A stretch of 64,000 nucleotides of DNA, from the IMG/VR virus record IMGVR_UViG_3300042273_000539. The stretch is one strand, 5' to 3'. Of the stretch, positions 1 to 9,540 are shown one piece after another (the stretch's first letter is position 1; each line of letters begins with the position of its first letter). Source of the DNA: an uncultured virus (IMG/VR IMGVR_UViG_3300042273_000539) (Duplodnaviria; Heunggongvirae; Uroviricota; Caudoviricetes). The notes beneath the pieces were generated by a model that saw only the letters and a program-made list of their open reading frames with translations, was not told the DNA's origin and did no database searches. The translations under genes and the position numbers were made by a program.

Positions 1-703
1 TGAATACAAAGAAGAACTAGTATAACTATTATTTTTTTCATGCCCAGTACTCTGAAAAGCTATCTCTATTTTTAGCCCATTCATCAAATTGTTCATCACA
101 ATCATCATAACAGCAGTCAACAGCTTCTTCTAAATCTGTATATTTTTCTTTACAGTGAGTACATGAGTAAATAAAATATTCTTCTTCATCTTCATTTTCT
201 GGTATTATTTCTTCGGCTGTATCTATTATAAAATCCTCTTTTTCCTGTCTAGTAGAGAAAGGCAAATCAATAAATTCAGCATAAAGATTTCTCATAAATA
301 TCCTCTTTTTTCTTTTATTATAGCGTTTTTTTAATTTTTTGTCAAGAATTATTTTTTATAAAAGTATTAACTTTTTCCAAGAAAAAAGTGTAAGATCCAT
401 TAGAACACCCTCCGCAGTTTTGACAGTCAAATTGAGATCCGGTTATTTCATTTCCGTAGGTAGAACTAATTCTACAAATAACCTGTCTAAACATATTTAT
501 AGATTCATTAGTTGTTCCAGAGGTACTTAATAAAACCATTCTTTTTACTAAACCATTTAAATCTTTAATACGTACAGTTCTGTTCCTTTCTGTACTATGA
601 AAAGGGGACCTTTCAAATGTTTCGTTAATGTATTTTACTATTCTTGGATCTGAAATAGTATCATAATCTATTTTTTCTAAAAAAGCCATATTTTTCTCCT
701 TAA

Positions 704-775
704 AGCCCTTTACCGGAATTGAACCGATATCTAATGATTACGAAACATTTGTAATAGCCATTATACTAAAAGGGC
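704..775 (-). tRNA. tRNA-Thr(CGT)
   Basis: Cloverleaf with GCCCTTT/AAAGGGC acceptor, anticodon loop TTCGTAA, T-loop TTCAATT. Confidence 0.85.
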
Positions 776-783
776 AAAAATCG

Positions 784-1173
784 CTACTTTAATAAGTAGC
801 GACTATCATAGCGAATTAAATCACTAAACGGGATTTTTCTTACATCCTTTGCAGATGGCTTCCTGGTTAGCATATAAAACATATTATCTACCCCTACTGG
901 ATTAAGGGAGTGAATAATGATTTTATTGTAAATTCTTTCGCTTTTATATATCCATTCAGTTAATCTATACCCAGTGTTTTCTTTGAAACTATCTACATAT
1001 ATTTCTCCGTCTAAATCGTGGTCCAGGAACATAATATATGGGTTTCCATTATTTAAATACTCTATTGCATCTTTTACGTTATCTACAATAGTTAGTTCAT
1101 TTCCGTAGGCGAAGGTTTCTTTAAACCACTTAACTCTAAAAGGGCTATCTTCTAAAATAAATATTTCTTTCAT
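784..1173 (-). CDS. Stand-alone receiver-like domain (cyclic-phosphate-processing receiver type)
   Basis: IFILED, FLDHDL and IIHSLNPVG motifs; start taken at MKEIF (1173). Confidence 0.7.
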   Translation of the reverse strand: MKEIFILEDSPFRVKWFKETFAYGNELTIVDNVKDAIEYLNNGNPYIMFLDHDLDGEIYVDSFKENTGYRLTEWIYKSERIYNKIIIHSLNPVGVDNMFYMLTRKPSAKDVRKIPFSDLIRYDSRYLLK

Positions 1174-2203
1174 GCTACTTCCTATTTTTTTGTATCTCAC
1201 TGTGTTTTTTTGTATGGTTAAACTCGGTCATAAGTATTCTGCTCATACTATTTTTATGTGGGATACCACCCACATGATGATGTCCACTAACTTCCAGATT
1301 GCTAGTGGTAGTATCACAAAAAACCCTATAGCAAAAAATACTAATCCATCAAATGCGCTTTCTAATGCGTCCTTCATACGTCCTCCTCAAAGATTTTTAT
1401 TCCACGAAATCTTGGGCTGTTGTGTACTTTCCCAACTTTGCCCCAATCAACACATTCTTGAATAAATCCAGCTTCCAACGCTTCGTTAGTGATTCCAGCA
1501 CACGCATTAACACAAGCTACGATACGGTCGGCATTTGCTTCTGCTTGCTTCTTACCAACATGCAAGCCATCTGTTCCAGCAACAAACCCTTTGGACTCTG
1601 AAAAAATTTCAGTGTCTGTAAATCTATCAACATACCATGGTTCTTTCGTATGGTTCATATACTTATCCTTCGTTAGCTTCTTTATTTATCGTATTCAATC
1701 TTTTTTCGCATTCATAAATTTCATTATTGGTCATTTCAATTTTTGTTTTATATTCTTTTTCTTGTTTTGCAAAAGAAAAATCTAACCACTGAATCCTTAT
1801 CCTAAGATCTGCTATTCTACGTTCAATATATGTTTTTTCGTCAATCATATTATTCCTCAATATGTTCTTTAATATAGTCAGCAAGTAGCTTTGCTTCATT
1901 TTCTGTCATAATAACAGAACTATATTCGCCAAATTCATCTTCTTTGCTACTAATAGATAAAAGTATTTCCCCATTTGGATATTTTTCAAAACTTGCTTCA
2001 ATACTTCTTGTTCTTAATCCCATTTTATCACCTCAACTATGCTTTCCAGATACCAAAACCCTCTGCTGTTTCAGTAAATCCTATTCCTAATTTAAAAAAA
2101 CCTATATATACTATAAATGAAAAACCCTTTTCGTATAATATACCAAAACAAAATCTAGTCCATAAATAGTTTATAAAAAATTTATACTGATTCATAATAT
2201 TCC

Positions 2204-2878
2204 TCAACTATGCTCAAACTTAAAATATTCAACATTCTTATTTATAAGATTGTGCCAATAACAACGCATAAACATGCCCTCTTTTTGGTATGGTTCTTTA
2301 CTACTTCCGTCAGAACCAAAATTAAGGAGGTACATATAGATTTCATCACCTTCTAAACTTTTTAAAATATTTTCAATATATCTATCTATTGTTTCATCAG
2401 CAAATAAATTATAGCCTTCTGCCTTACCTCTCCAATAGTTTATATTTTCATTATAGTTAAAAATAAGTCCGTACCCAAGACTTCCTCCAAAAGAGGTATC
2501 TGGCAAAGATTCTATGTTGTTAAGCATTTCCATTTTTACTTCATTGTGAATTTCTTCGTACAACCAAGAATATTTATCCTTCAAAAGCTCTTCCCAGTTA
2601 TCTACAGCAAATGCAGATAAATTATAGTTATAATTTTCTGATTGTCTTACATCTTCAAACCTAGAACCATCAATAGAAGAAGCAATAGCACTGATGGCTG
2701 ATTTTAATGCTAACCCTATATCTGCTTTGCTCTCAAACTCATAAAAATCTTTTTCTCTAAATCTTTTTTCTGGCTTGAATAGTTGTCTCCAATCTTTTTG
2801 GCTTTTTAATGGCATAGCTGATATAATCAGGAAGCTACTGCTACTACTATTGCTTACAAAGCCATTTCTCATTTTCAT
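2204..2878 (-). CDS. SNSSS-motif protein 5 (224 aa)
   Basis: N-terminus MKMRNGFVSNSSSSSF shared with four neighbours. Confidence 0.85.
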   Translation of the reverse strand: MKMRNGFVSNSSSSSFLIISAMPLKSQKDWRQLFKPEKRFREKDFYEFESKADIGLALKSAISAIASSIDGSRFEDVRQSENYNYNLSAFAVDNWEELLKDKYSWLYEEIHNEVKMEMLNNIESLPDTSFGGSLGYGLIFNYNENINYWRGKAEGYNLFADETIDRYIENILKSLEGDEIYMYLLNFGSDGSSKEPYQKEGMFMRCYWHNLINKNVEYFKFEHS

Positions 2879-2879
2879 A

Positions 2880-3149
2880 TTAACCTCTCCATTCTATAAT
2901 GTTTTCATCTATTTTAAGAAGCTCTACTAAAAAATCTTCCATATTAAAATTATCCATCCAGGTATAACCTGTTATTTTAGTTTCATCTAATTTAATATCC
3001 CAAATGTCATTACAATTACTCATTCCAAGTATTCTTGCTATTTCTCCATGATTTACTATGGCTTGTATTTGAAGGTCAGTTAAGTTTTCTATTTCAATAA
3101 TAAAGCTACTGCTACTACTATTGCTTACAAAACCATTTCTAATCTTCAT
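2880..3149 (-). CDS. SNSSS-motif protein 4 (89 aa)
   Basis: N-terminus MKIRNGFVSNSSSSSF. Confidence 0.85.
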   Translation of the reverse strand: MKIRNGFVSNSSSSSFIIEIENLTDLQIQAIVNHGEIARILGMSNCNDIWDIKLDETKITGYTWMDNFNMEDFLVELLKIDENIIEWRG

Positions 3150-3543
3150 ATTGACCTACTTCCTTCTTTACAAACTCCGCTATATCATATGGCTCATGGT
3201 AATCTGCCTCTATGTTAAAAATTTCTATATCTTCCAAATCATCTTTGCTCATTTTGTTAAGAATTTCCTTCATAGATATAGGGCTTTCTTGCTCATAGAA
3301 AACTTCCCAGAAACTCCAGTCTGCATAGCTTAACAACTCTTCAAAGTAGTTATTAAATAAATCTTTGTGGTTTGCATAATTTAGATAATATAAACCATCG
3401 CTTCCCCATCTATTTGTTTCAGCTCTTATTGCTCCACCTTTTTTAAGAATTCTATGCACATCTTCCAGGCTACGCAATCTTCTCCCTACAACAATAAAAC
3501 TACTGCTACTGCTATTGCTCACAAACCCATTTCTCATTTTCAT
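3139..3543 (-). CDS. SNSSS-motif protein 3 (134 aa)
   Basis: N-terminus MKMRNGFVSNSSSSSF. Confidence 0.85.
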   Translation of the reverse strand: MKMRNGFVSNSSSSSFIVVGRRLRSLEDVHRILKKGGAIRAETNRWGSDGLYYLNYANHKDLFNNYFEELLSYADWSFWEVFYEQESPISMKEILNKMSKDDLEDIEIFNIEADYHEPYDIAEFVKKEVGQYED

Positions 3544-3544
3544 A

Positions 3545-3841
3545 TTAATAATCCTCCTGAATATAATCTAATTCAGCTTTTTCTAAAAAATGTATAAAAT
3601 CATCTATACCACTGTATTCCATGGTCATGAATACTGGTTTTACTGTAAAATCCTTTCTCTCAATTATATTGAATATAGTCTTTTGAAATTCTGTTTGATA
3701 ACCGTATTCAAGCTTATCTGTATCAAACCGTTCAAGTACAAATTCTTCTATATCATTTTTATTTATTTTAGTATATGAAGGGACAAATACAATAAAGCTA
3801 CAACTACTGCTATTACTTACAAATCCATTTCTAATTTTCAT
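3545..3841 (-). CDS. SNSSS-motif protein 2 (98 aa)
   Basis: N-terminus MKIRNGFVSNSSSCSF. Confidence 0.85.
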   Translation of the reverse strand: MKIRNGFVSNSSSCSFIVFVPSYTKINKNDIEEFVLERFDTDKLEYGYQTEFQKTIFNIIERKDFTVKPVFMTMEYSGIDDFIHFLEKAELDYIQEDY

Positions 3842-3844
3842 ATT

Positions 3845-4198
3845 TTAATGATCCATTCCACCATCAGTATGAAAAGAAATGTCTTTTTTAGAAAGAGAAG
3901 TTCCAAGCATTTCGTTTATTTGGTTAGCAGTTTCAATTTTCTCTTCTTTGATAGTTTTATTTTCATCAAGGCTTTTTACATGTTTCCCTATGACGTATAG
4001 TTCATAATATTCTTCAATCCCTCTGTAAACACAAATTTCACCATGGTTAGTATTTTCTAGTTCCCAAATGTCTTCACATAAGTCATCGGGGTGCTTTGAG
4101 TTCCAAAGCGATAACAAGTCATCTTCACTATAAACTATTCCAAGAATACAGAAGCTACTGCTACTGCTATTACTCACAAATCCATTTCTAATTTTCAT
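3845..4198 (-). CDS. SNSSS-motif protein 1 (117 aa)
   Basis: Start moved to ATG at 4198 (AGGAG SD just upstream) giving MKIRNGFVSNSSSSSF. Confidence 0.85.
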   Translation of the reverse strand: MKIRNGFVSNSSSSSFCILGIVYSEDDLLSLWNSKHPDDLCEDIWELENTNHGEICVYRGIEEYYELYVIGKHVKSLDENKTIKEEKIETANQINEMLGTSLSKKDISFHTDGGMDH

Positions 4199-4366
4199 AA
4201 TTTCTCCTATCGTTAGGTTCAAACCCTTTCTCTGAAAATTTTCCGAGGTCTTTTCCTCCCCATCTTTCTCCAAGGATTTCACCAGATGATTGCTCGTCAT
4301 AAAAAGTACACCTTACAACATGGTCTTCTCCATCTATTTTCACTATATACAAATTCCCTACTACTT

Positions 4367-4528
4367 TCACTTTTCAGCCTCTTCTCCGTCTTCAAATACA
4401 AATCCACAATTTGCACAGGTAGAGATTACGAAGAGCGCAAATTCGGTTTCTCCTAATGTTTTTTCTACGGTAAGTTCTCCGCAGTAAGGGCATCGGTATT
4501 TTTCTTTTAGCTCATCAACGGTAATCAT
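4367..4528 (-). CDS. Small zinc-ribbon protein (53 aa, below ORF-track cutoff)
   Basis: Hand translation MITVDELKEKYRCPYCG...CANCGFVF, two CxxC pairs. Confidence 0.65.
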   Translation of the reverse strand: MITVDELKEKYRCPYCGELTVEKTLGETEFALFVISTCANCGFVFEDGEEAEK

Positions 4529-4733
4529 TATATTCCCCCTGGCATAAGTGAGATAGATGAATACATATCATAAAACAGATAAACAAGTGTAACTATACAC
4601 CCTAATACAAACGCTGTTATAATAAAGACGAAAAAAAATTTATCAAACGTTACAGATAAAACTATAAGTGTGATTACTCCTAAAACTGTTAAAATGCTAT
4701 ATAATAAAATAATCCAATCCATTTTATTTTCCT

Positions 4734-5810
4734 TTAAATTTTATAAATAGGGCATTCCCTACAACCAAATTTATTACAAGACTTTGTAGCAAGAAGTTTA
4801 TTTCTAAATTGATAAACTCTTGGGCTATTCCAGACATTCTCTATGAAATTCTTATGTTCTATAACTGAAATACCAGTTTCCCATCCTTCTGTTCCTTCTG
4901 TAAAACTACATGGGAAAAACTCTGCATCTACATTAATATAAGAACTTTCCAAAGTGCTTTCACAAGGCATTATCATACCTTTATACATTTCATATTCTAC
5001 ATCATTGAGAGAATGGAAAAACTTCAAAGAAGAACAACTATCAAATCCATAATTTATCTCCTTTTCCTTACAAAGGGATACAAGAGTATTAAATTTTTCT
5101 TGCTCCAAGGCATGGAAACGTTCTCCTCTTCCCTTTGTTTTCAATGACAAAAATACAATAGCATTAAGATTAGAAAGGCGAGGGTCAGAAGAAATGTCTT
5201 TTACAGTTTCTAATGCTCTCTCAAAAGTTTCTTCTGAAATCATCATATGGATATTTATTTGGTTCATCCCTCTGTCGGTAAGTTTCTTTACAGAATCATA
5301 ACAAGCATCTTTGTTTGCATACCGAGAAATAGCAACAGCTCCACAGATTGAAGCAAGTTTATCTGCTGTCTCATCTGTTATTTGCGCTACGGTAATATTA
5401 GGAACAACTCCATTATCTCTTGCATACTGCATAATGGCAAAAGTGTCTGGATTAGTTTCTGCCTTACTATCTGCCCCAAAAGCAATTTGTGTCAAGGTTT
5501 TAGGAAGAGCTTCAAACACTTTTTTGAAAGTATCTAATGTCATGTGTTTGCCGTTAGGGTTATTAGATTTATAGCAGAAAGGACAAACCACACCATCTAC
5601 ACCAGTACAAGAAGTAGTTATTTCTATGTCAGCAATAGTGGGTCCTGGGAATAGTTCAGCGTCTTCTTCATGTGTCTTGCCCCAAGTAATCATATTTCCA
5701 TTTTTTTTGTTAAAAGAATAGTTAGCGTTTTCAGATTTTAGGACTTTCCCTCCATCACTTTCTACGACAGTAAAATCCTTATACCTATACACCCTTGTCT
5801 TTCCGTTCAT
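4734..5810 (-). CDS. Radical SAM protein with C-terminal SPASM/Twitch-like domain
   Basis: IEITTSC-x7-CPFC cluster motif; C-terminal PCES...FFPCSF...CxxxxCxxC; likely start MNGKTR at 5810, after the upstream stop at 5818. Confidence 0.85.
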   Translation of the reverse strand: MNGKTRVYRYKDFTVVESDGGKVLKSENANYSFNKKNGNMITWGKTHEEDAELFPGPTIADIEITTSCTGVDGVVCPFCYKSNNPNGKHMTLDTFKKVFEALPKTLTQIAFGADSKAETNPDTFAIMQYARDNGVVPNITVAQITDETADKLASICGAVAISRYANKDACYDSVKKLTDRGMNQINIHMMISEETFERALETVKDISSDPRLSNLNAIVFLSLKTKGRGERFHALEQEKFNTLVSLCKEKEINYGFDSCSSLKFFHSLNDVEYEMYKGMIMPCESTLESSYINVDAEFFPCSFTEGTEGWETGISVIEHKNFIENVWNSPRVYQFRNKLLATKSCNKFGCRECPIYKI

Positions 5811-5817
5811 ATTATAC

Positions 5818-7212
5818 CTACTTATAAATAATATAGTCAGTATCGTCAGCGATACTTTGATTTGTTCTTGTAAAAAATAATACGTTTCTACATTTTTCAT
5901 ATATCCCAGTTCTTTTAAATGGATAGAAAAAACCATCTGTAAGAACCACTACTAATGGCAGACTTTTTTCGTTTTCTACGTATAAATCCAAGTCGCCATT
6001 TTTCAAATGTATTCCGCTTTTTTCTTTATTATAGCATTTTTCTAGAATAAAGTCAAATATAGATTGTGGATTTGTTCCACCTCCTCCTATAAGAGGGGTA
6101 TTAGCCCAATCTCCTTGATTATAGAGTTTTATATCTCCATGAACAGCCCAATCCCATTGCATAAGATACACATTTCCTGTTTTTGTTTGTCTTAATTCTT
6201 TTGCTATGGCATCTATTTCCCTGAAAAAGTTTTCTGTTTCTTCTTTGCTAAAAAAACAAGAACCAGATGTATCAATGGCTAAAATAATAGCAGTTTCAAG
6301 ATTGTTTCTTTGCCTTAAAAAATGCGGAAAAATCATGTCGTTCCTGCTTTTAGGGTTCATTAAATAAGTAAGAAAACTTTTTTTCTTGCTATGCTTTGCA
6401 CTGTTTTTAGAAACATAAAAGTTTATTTTCTTTCTTAATTCCTTTTTCCAGTTTATTTCTGATTTTTTTAAACTTCTAATTTTTTTTGACATAGAGCCAG
6501 CATCTTTACCAGGAAGTTCACTTTCCATTTTCTCTGCTTGGCGAACCATACGCTCAATCATATTTTTAGTTTCTTGCTCTGATTGTTGACCGTCTCCCTC
6601 TTCTCCGCTATTTCCATCTTCTTCTGTTTCAACAGATTCCCCATCATACATGGTGTAAGTGATGGAGTAATTACTATCTTCCTGCGATAAAGAAACTTTA
6701 TCTCCTTTTTGCTCTGCTTGGACTTTATTTTCTTTTAACCAATGGTAGTATCTGATGGAAGAGTATCCATCTTCTTTGCTAATGTTTTTGTCATGCAAAA
6801 ACCATTTATAATCTTCAAGCACATATACTGCATCTGGCAAATACACTTTATCCAATGTAAGTTCTTTAAAATAAGAGAAATCAAACTCTTTTATCTCTTC
6901 GTTTATCATAGCATCAGTTGCTATGTTTATAAGCAACCTTTCGTTATCATCTTCCATTTTATTCTTGAAGGTATGAAGATGTTGTTTAAAGATATGTTGA
7001 GCTTCATGGGTTAGAATAAAATAGAGTTTTTCTATTGGCATTTCTAATATTCTATCGTGATAAAATATAGTTATCCCATTTTTAAAAGATACCCCTGCAA
7101 AAAAGTTCTCTGCTTCTACTTGCTTATAGTTAGCGTTAAGTAGAAACAGATACATAAGAGGTTCTTTATCACGCAAAAAAGCGATAAGTTTTGTTATTCT
7201 TTCTGGTCTCAT
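5818..7212 (-). CDS. HExxH metallopeptidase-like plus VWA domain protein (DUF2201-like)
   Basis: HEAQH, NIATDAMIN, MIDAS DTSGS, GGGGT, LTDG. Confidence 0.85.
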   Translation of the reverse strand: MRPERITKLIAFLRDKEPLMYLFLLNANYKQVEAENFFAGVSFKNGITIFYHDRILEMPIEKLYFILTHEAQHIFKQHLHTFKNKMEDDNERLLINIATDAMINEEIKEFDFSYFKELTLDKVYLPDAVYVLEDYKWFLHDKNISKEDGYSSIRYYHWLKENKVQAEQKGDKVSLSQEDSNYSITYTMYDGESVETEEDGNSGEEGDGQQSEQETKNMIERMVRQAEKMESELPGKDAGSMSKKIRSLKKSEINWKKELRKKINFYVSKNSAKHSKKKSFLTYLMNPKSRNDMIFPHFLRQRNNLETAIILAIDTSGSCFFSKEETENFFREIDAIAKELRQTKTGNVYLMQWDWAVHGDIKLYNQGDWANTPLIGGGGTNPQSIFDFILEKCYNKEKSGIHLKNGDLDLYVENEKSLPLVVVLTDGFFYPFKRTGIYEKCRNVLFFTRTNQSIADDTDYIIYK

Positions 7213-8618
7213 ATTTTACTAAAATCCGTATGTATCATATAGCTGTACGCCTCTGCGTATGCTTTATTCACCGATGATAGAGCAGAAGAAAATCCTTTTC
7301 CGTAAGTATTTCCTGCATTCATAGTAGAGATAAAAGCACTTATATCTTCAGCAGTAGCCCCGACATCATTAAAGAAAGTAGATACGTTTGCTACTTCTCG
7401 TAATGAAGTGTTATCAAATACGAATTCTGTTCCTTCTCCTTGTGTTTTTATATATTCTGCAAGTTCTACAATATAATAGGTTCTCATGCCAAACCCTTTC
7501 ACTACGTTTCTCATGCTTGATTGTATTTCGCTATAGTTATGAAAAATCTGGTCTGGTGTAATGTTATTGTCATAGTTAAATTTAAATGAAGCTATTATTT
7601 TTTCTGCTAAATTTTTTCCATTTAATCCAAGTTCATTTACGTTTCTTGTTAGAACATCCACTTGTTTATTAACATCCATAAAAGCAGAAACAGGGTTTTC
7701 ATAGTTTAATATGAAATCACTAATCATACTATTTGCCAAAAGGGTCCATGCTCTAGGCGACATAGTAGATGAAACTTCATATTCATTTTCCAGTGGTTTA
7801 GGTTCTAAAAACGGAGCATCTGGCTTCATAGTGTCTATGTAGACATTTATTAAATAGTTTAGTATGATGTTAGGTATTCTGGTTGGAAAGTCCAGCACGC
7901 GCCCGCTATGGAGCACTGGGTAAGGATTTAGAGCGAAGCTATCAAGCCAACTTGGTAAATCATATTTTAAATATAAAACTCTATGCCATCTTTCGGCTGT
8001 GGCTATATCAAAAGTATTTACTTGGTTTGTTTCAGTAGAACCGTCTTGCTCTCTCATGTTTCCGGCACCCACGATTACACATCTTTTAGGTAATCTGTAT
8101 TTTTCACTTTTCCCTGTCTTTTCATTAAAGTCAGCAAACCCACCAATCTCTCCATTAAGCACAAGGTTCATGATTGCCGCCATGCTCTCTGTATCTGCTT
8201 TGTTAAATTCATCCAGAAAAAGAACCCAAAGCCTTTCATCATCACTAGGAGGTAGAATAGTAGGACTAGCTAATTTAACTACCTTACTTCCATCATCTTT
8301 TGAATGTAGATAAGGGAATCCTTGGAGTTCTTCAATGGGAACTTTCTGTGGCTCTATTTTATGGAATATGGCTCCACTTTCTTCTGATATGCTTTTTACT
8401 ATCTCTGTTTTACCTATTCCGGTGGGTCCAAAGATAAACACAGATGGCCTGGTGCCATCCAGTGTGAGATTAGTTTTTGCTATATTAATAAGCCTTTTAA
8501 GTTCTTCTTTTAATTGAGAATAATTTACAGTTGTTTCAGGAATACTGTATTTTTTAAAACTATCATTTAAAATAAAACTCTTTCCAATTGCTTTTCTTGC
8601 TAATGTGATACTATCCAT
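7209..8618 (-). CDS. MoxR-like AAA+ ATPase
   Basis: Walker A GPTGIGKT, Walker B LFLDEFN, AGN sensor, SPRAW; overlaps the VWA gene by 4 nt. Confidence 0.85.
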   Translation of the reverse strand: MDSITLARKAIGKSFILNDSFKKYSIPETTVNYSQLKEELKRLINIAKTNLTLDGTRPSVFIFGPTGIGKTEIVKSISEESGAIFHKIEPQKVPIEELQGFPYLHSKDDGSKVVKLASPTILPPSDDERLWVLFLDEFNKADTESMAAIMNLVLNGEIGGFADFNEKTGKSEKYRLPKRCVIVGAGNMREQDGSTETNQVNTFDIATAERWHRVLYLKYDLPSWLDSFALNPYPVLHSGRVLDFPTRIPNIILNYLINVYIDTMKPDAPFLEPKPLENEYEVSSTMSPRAWTLLANSMISDFILNYENPVSAFMDVNKQVDVLTRNVNELGLNGKNLAEKIIASFKFNYDNNITPDQIFHNYSEIQSSMRNVVKGFGMRTYYIVELAEYIKTQGEGTEFVFDNTSLREVANVSTFFNDVGATAEDISAFISTMNAGNTYGKGFSSALSSVNKAYAEAYSYMIHTDFSKI

Positions 8619-8709
8619 TTGTTTTCCTTTTATACATTATATCTATATTCTACGCTTTTTCTAAATTTTTGTCAAGAATACGCCTCTGGGTGCTTGTAAA
8701 GATAATAGT

Positions 8710-9342
8710 ATGAATAATAGTGCCTTATTGATTAATGTAGAAAATATAACAAGGTGGAAAAACTACAGCATAGCAATAAAGGATTTCTTGGAGAAAAACT
8801 GTAATTTACCAGATATTTCCGAAGATAGAAATCTTAAAGTTGTTTACGCTACTCCATCTACTGCTTTTGCCAAGCACATTATTCCTATGATAAATGGGGA
8901 AACGACAAGACCTATAATAACTTTTACACTTTCAGGTGAAGAGGGAGTTCGGGAGATTTCTACTCCTTATCCTTTCTTTACACAGCCAGTCGGGACAGAA
9001 GGCGATATATTAAAATATCAAGTGCCTATTTCAAAGACCCTAACTTATAAATGCGATTTATTTACTACTACACAAACAGAAGCAGATACAATTCTTACAC
9101 AAGTAGAGGTTGGGGCGTGGGAACATAGGCCATATTATACAAAAGTTGATGGGCAAGCTACAGAAGTAATATCAAAAAATTTTGTTAATGAAAGTGTTTT
9201 AAACCCTTCTTCTGGCAAGAAAAAAGTAATTCATCATAGTTTTAATCTTATAGTTTTAAAAGCTATGATATTTGTTGTTAGAGAAGAGAAAATAGGAACA
9301 GTTAAAAAGATTAATACTTATATAAACTATAAGGAACAGTAA
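8710..9342 (+). CDS. Putative tail-associated (tail completion/terminator-like) protein
   Basis: 210 aa, directly upstream of the sheath on the same strand; function inferred from context only. Confidence 0.4.
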   Translation: MNNSALLINVENITRWKNYSIAIKDFLEKNCNLPDISEDRNLKVVYATPSTAFAKHIIPMINGETTRPIITFTLSGEEGVREISTPYPFFTQPVGTEGDILKYQVPISKTLTYKCDLFTTTQTEADTILTQVEVGAWEHRPYYTKVDGQATEVISKNFVNESVLNPSSGKKKVIHHSFNLIVLKAMIFVVREEKIGTVKKINTYINYKEQ

Positions 9343-9540
9343 TAATGATAAAGTATAAAATAATAAATAAAACCTTTTCAACTTTAAGGTTTTTAAAAGT
9401 AGGAACTATCCCAGCAAGGGGATATATAATAGTGGATAAAGTGCCTAATGAACTTAGGACTTTTCAAAAAAATAATCAAATTGATATTAAAAAAGTATCA
9501 GTTTAGAGTGTAGTAAAGTTAATAATGATTGGAGGAAATA

